Part shown: positions 14,743 through 15,919 of the stretch, in pieces
How the letters are laid out: the number at the start of each line of letters is the position of its first letter
Position numbering within the stretch: position 1 is the stretch's first letter
Source of the DNA: Candidatus Fervidifonticultor quintus
GTDB taxonomy: Bacteria; Sysuimicrobiota; Sysuimicrobiia; Sysuimicrobiales; Humicultoraceae
DNA length: 15,919 bases
Assembly: GCA_031459535.1 (NCBI GenBank)
Contig: JAVKIJ010000076.1
Span: 1 to 15,919, forward strand
Reading direction: 5' to 3'
The notes under the pieces: model-generated
Databases searched by the model: none
Told to the model about the DNA's origin: nothing
Seen by the model: the letters and a program-made list of their open reading frames with translations, nothing else
Translations under genes and position numbers: made by a program

Positions 14743-15919
14743 GTGGGCAAGCTGATCATCACGGGTGGCCGCCGTCTGCGCGGCGCGGTCAAGGTCGCGG
14801 GAGGCAAGAACAGTTCACTAGCCGTCATTGCCGCCGCCGCCCTCGCACCCGATGTGTCCGTGCTGGAGAACGTCCCGGACTGTCGGGACGTCGCGACGCT
14901 GGTTGAAATCCTCCAAGTCTCCGGAGCCCGCATCACCCGTACCGGCGCTCGCCTCACCATCGACGCACGGCAGCTCACCAATCACATCGCACCCTATGAG
15001 CTGTGTCGGAGCATGCGGGCGTCGTTCTACACCGCCGGCGTCTTGCTGGGCCGGATGGGCAAGGCGCAGGTCCCATTGCCCGGTGGCTGCTCGATCGGCG
15101 CGCGCCCGGTGGACTTCCACCTTCGCGGGTTCGCCGCCCTGGGCGCCAAGGTGGTGACGGAGCACGGGTACATGAAGGCCACCGCGCGCAGGCTCAAGGG
15201 CACGTCGTTCTATGTGCCGCGGAGCAGCGTCGGGACCACGATCAACCTCATGATGGCCGCCAGCACCGCCCGGGGCAGCACCGTGTTGCTCAATGCCGCC
15301 CGGGAGCCCGAGGTGGTGGACACCGCGGTCTTCCTCAACCTCATGGGCGCCAAGATCCGCGGCGCCGGGACCGACACGGTGACCATTGAGGGGGTGCGGG
15401 AGCTCCACGGCAACACCTACACCATCATCCCCGATCGCCTGGAAGCCGGCACGTACCTCCTGGCGGCCGCCATCACGGGCGGTGACGTGCTGGTGGAGGG
15501 CATGATTCCCGAACATGTTACCGCCCTGCTCACGAAGCTTGAGGAGGCCGGGGCCGAGGTGATTCGCGATACGGACGGTGTGCGAGTGCGCGGTGGTGAG
15601 ATGCGCGCCGTTGACGTGGACACTGCGCCGTATCCGGGGTTCGCGACCGACCTGCATCCCCAGATGGCCGCCCTGCTGACCCAGGCCCGTGGGACCTCCA
15701 CGATTCGTGAGACGATCTTCGAAGCCAGGTTCGCGTATACCGATGAGCTGCGCCGCATGGGTGCCGACATCAAGGTCGAGGGTGAGAACGTCCACGTCAC
15801 CGGGCCATCGCGCTTGACAGGCGCGCCGGTCGAGGCGCCCGACATTCGGGGCGGTGCGGCTGTGGTGATTGCCGCGCTGGCGGCCGACGGAGTCACGGAG
15901 ATCTCCCAGGTCGAGAACC
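14743..15919 (+). CDS. murA: UDP-N-acetylglucosamine 1-carboxyvinyltransferase (3'-truncated by window end)
   Basis: GTG 14743 after AGGAGG, open to the window end (so absent from the ORF track). [24 protein letters not shown] (K22/N23), [20 protein letters not shown] (Cys116, codon 15088-15090), [40 protein letters not shown]. Confidence 0.97.
   Translation, partial: MGKLIITGGRRLRGAVKVAGGKNSSLAVIAAAALAPDVSVLENVPDCRDVATLVEILQVSGARITRTGARLTIDARQLTNHIAPYELCRSMRASFYTAGVLLGRMGKAQVPLPGGCSIGARPVDFHLRGFAALGAKVVTEHGYMKATARRLKGTSFYVPRSSVGTTINLMMAASTARGSTVLLNAAREPEVVDTAVFLNLMGAKIRGAGTDTVTIEGVRELHGNTYTIIPDRLEAGTYLLAAAITGGDVLVEGMIPEHVTALLTKLEEAGAEVIRDTDGVRVRGGEMRAVDVDTAPYPGFATDLHPQMAALLTQARGTSTIRETIFEARFAYTDELRRMGADIKVEGENVHVTGPSRLTGAPVEAPDIRGGAAVVIAALAADGVTEISQVEN

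Noticed and set aside
593-15896. Many long minus-strand ORFs (such as 593..1525, 3698..4618, 6518..7696, 10788..11690, 13181..14209, 14818..15795)
   Set aside because: They are antisense shadows of well-conserved + strand genes. High GC and codon bias suppress stop codons, and the translations show no recognisable motifs.

Overview
A high-GC bacterial housekeeping region with every credible gene on the + strand. Positions 1-10881 hold the distal S10-spc-alpha ribosomal protein cluster as one tightly packed unit: 'rplP-rpmC-rpsQ-rplN-rplX-rplE-rpsZ-rpsH-rplF-rplR-rpsE-rplO-secY-adk-map-(KOW/eL14-like gene)-infA-rpmJ-rpsM-rpsK-rpsD-rpoA-rplQ. rpmD (uL30) is missing from its usual slot. Next come a strong hairpin, a group II ECF transporter module (ecfA1-ecfA2-ecfT) and truA. 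This order resembles Bacillota/Terrabacteria, but the lineage cannot be fixed from the sequence alone. Where rplM-rpsI normally follows truA, there is instead an extended -10 promoter, a CAT-anticodon tRNA (probably Ile2) with a non-canonical T-loop (ATCGAAG), an IreB/ReoM-family gene that keeps the regulatory Thr7, and murA (truncated by the window end and absent from the ORF track). The most interesting item is this apparent tRNA-reoM-murA unit, which places the MurA-degradation regulator next to its target enzyme. I saw no mobile elements, CRISPR arrays or defence systems.
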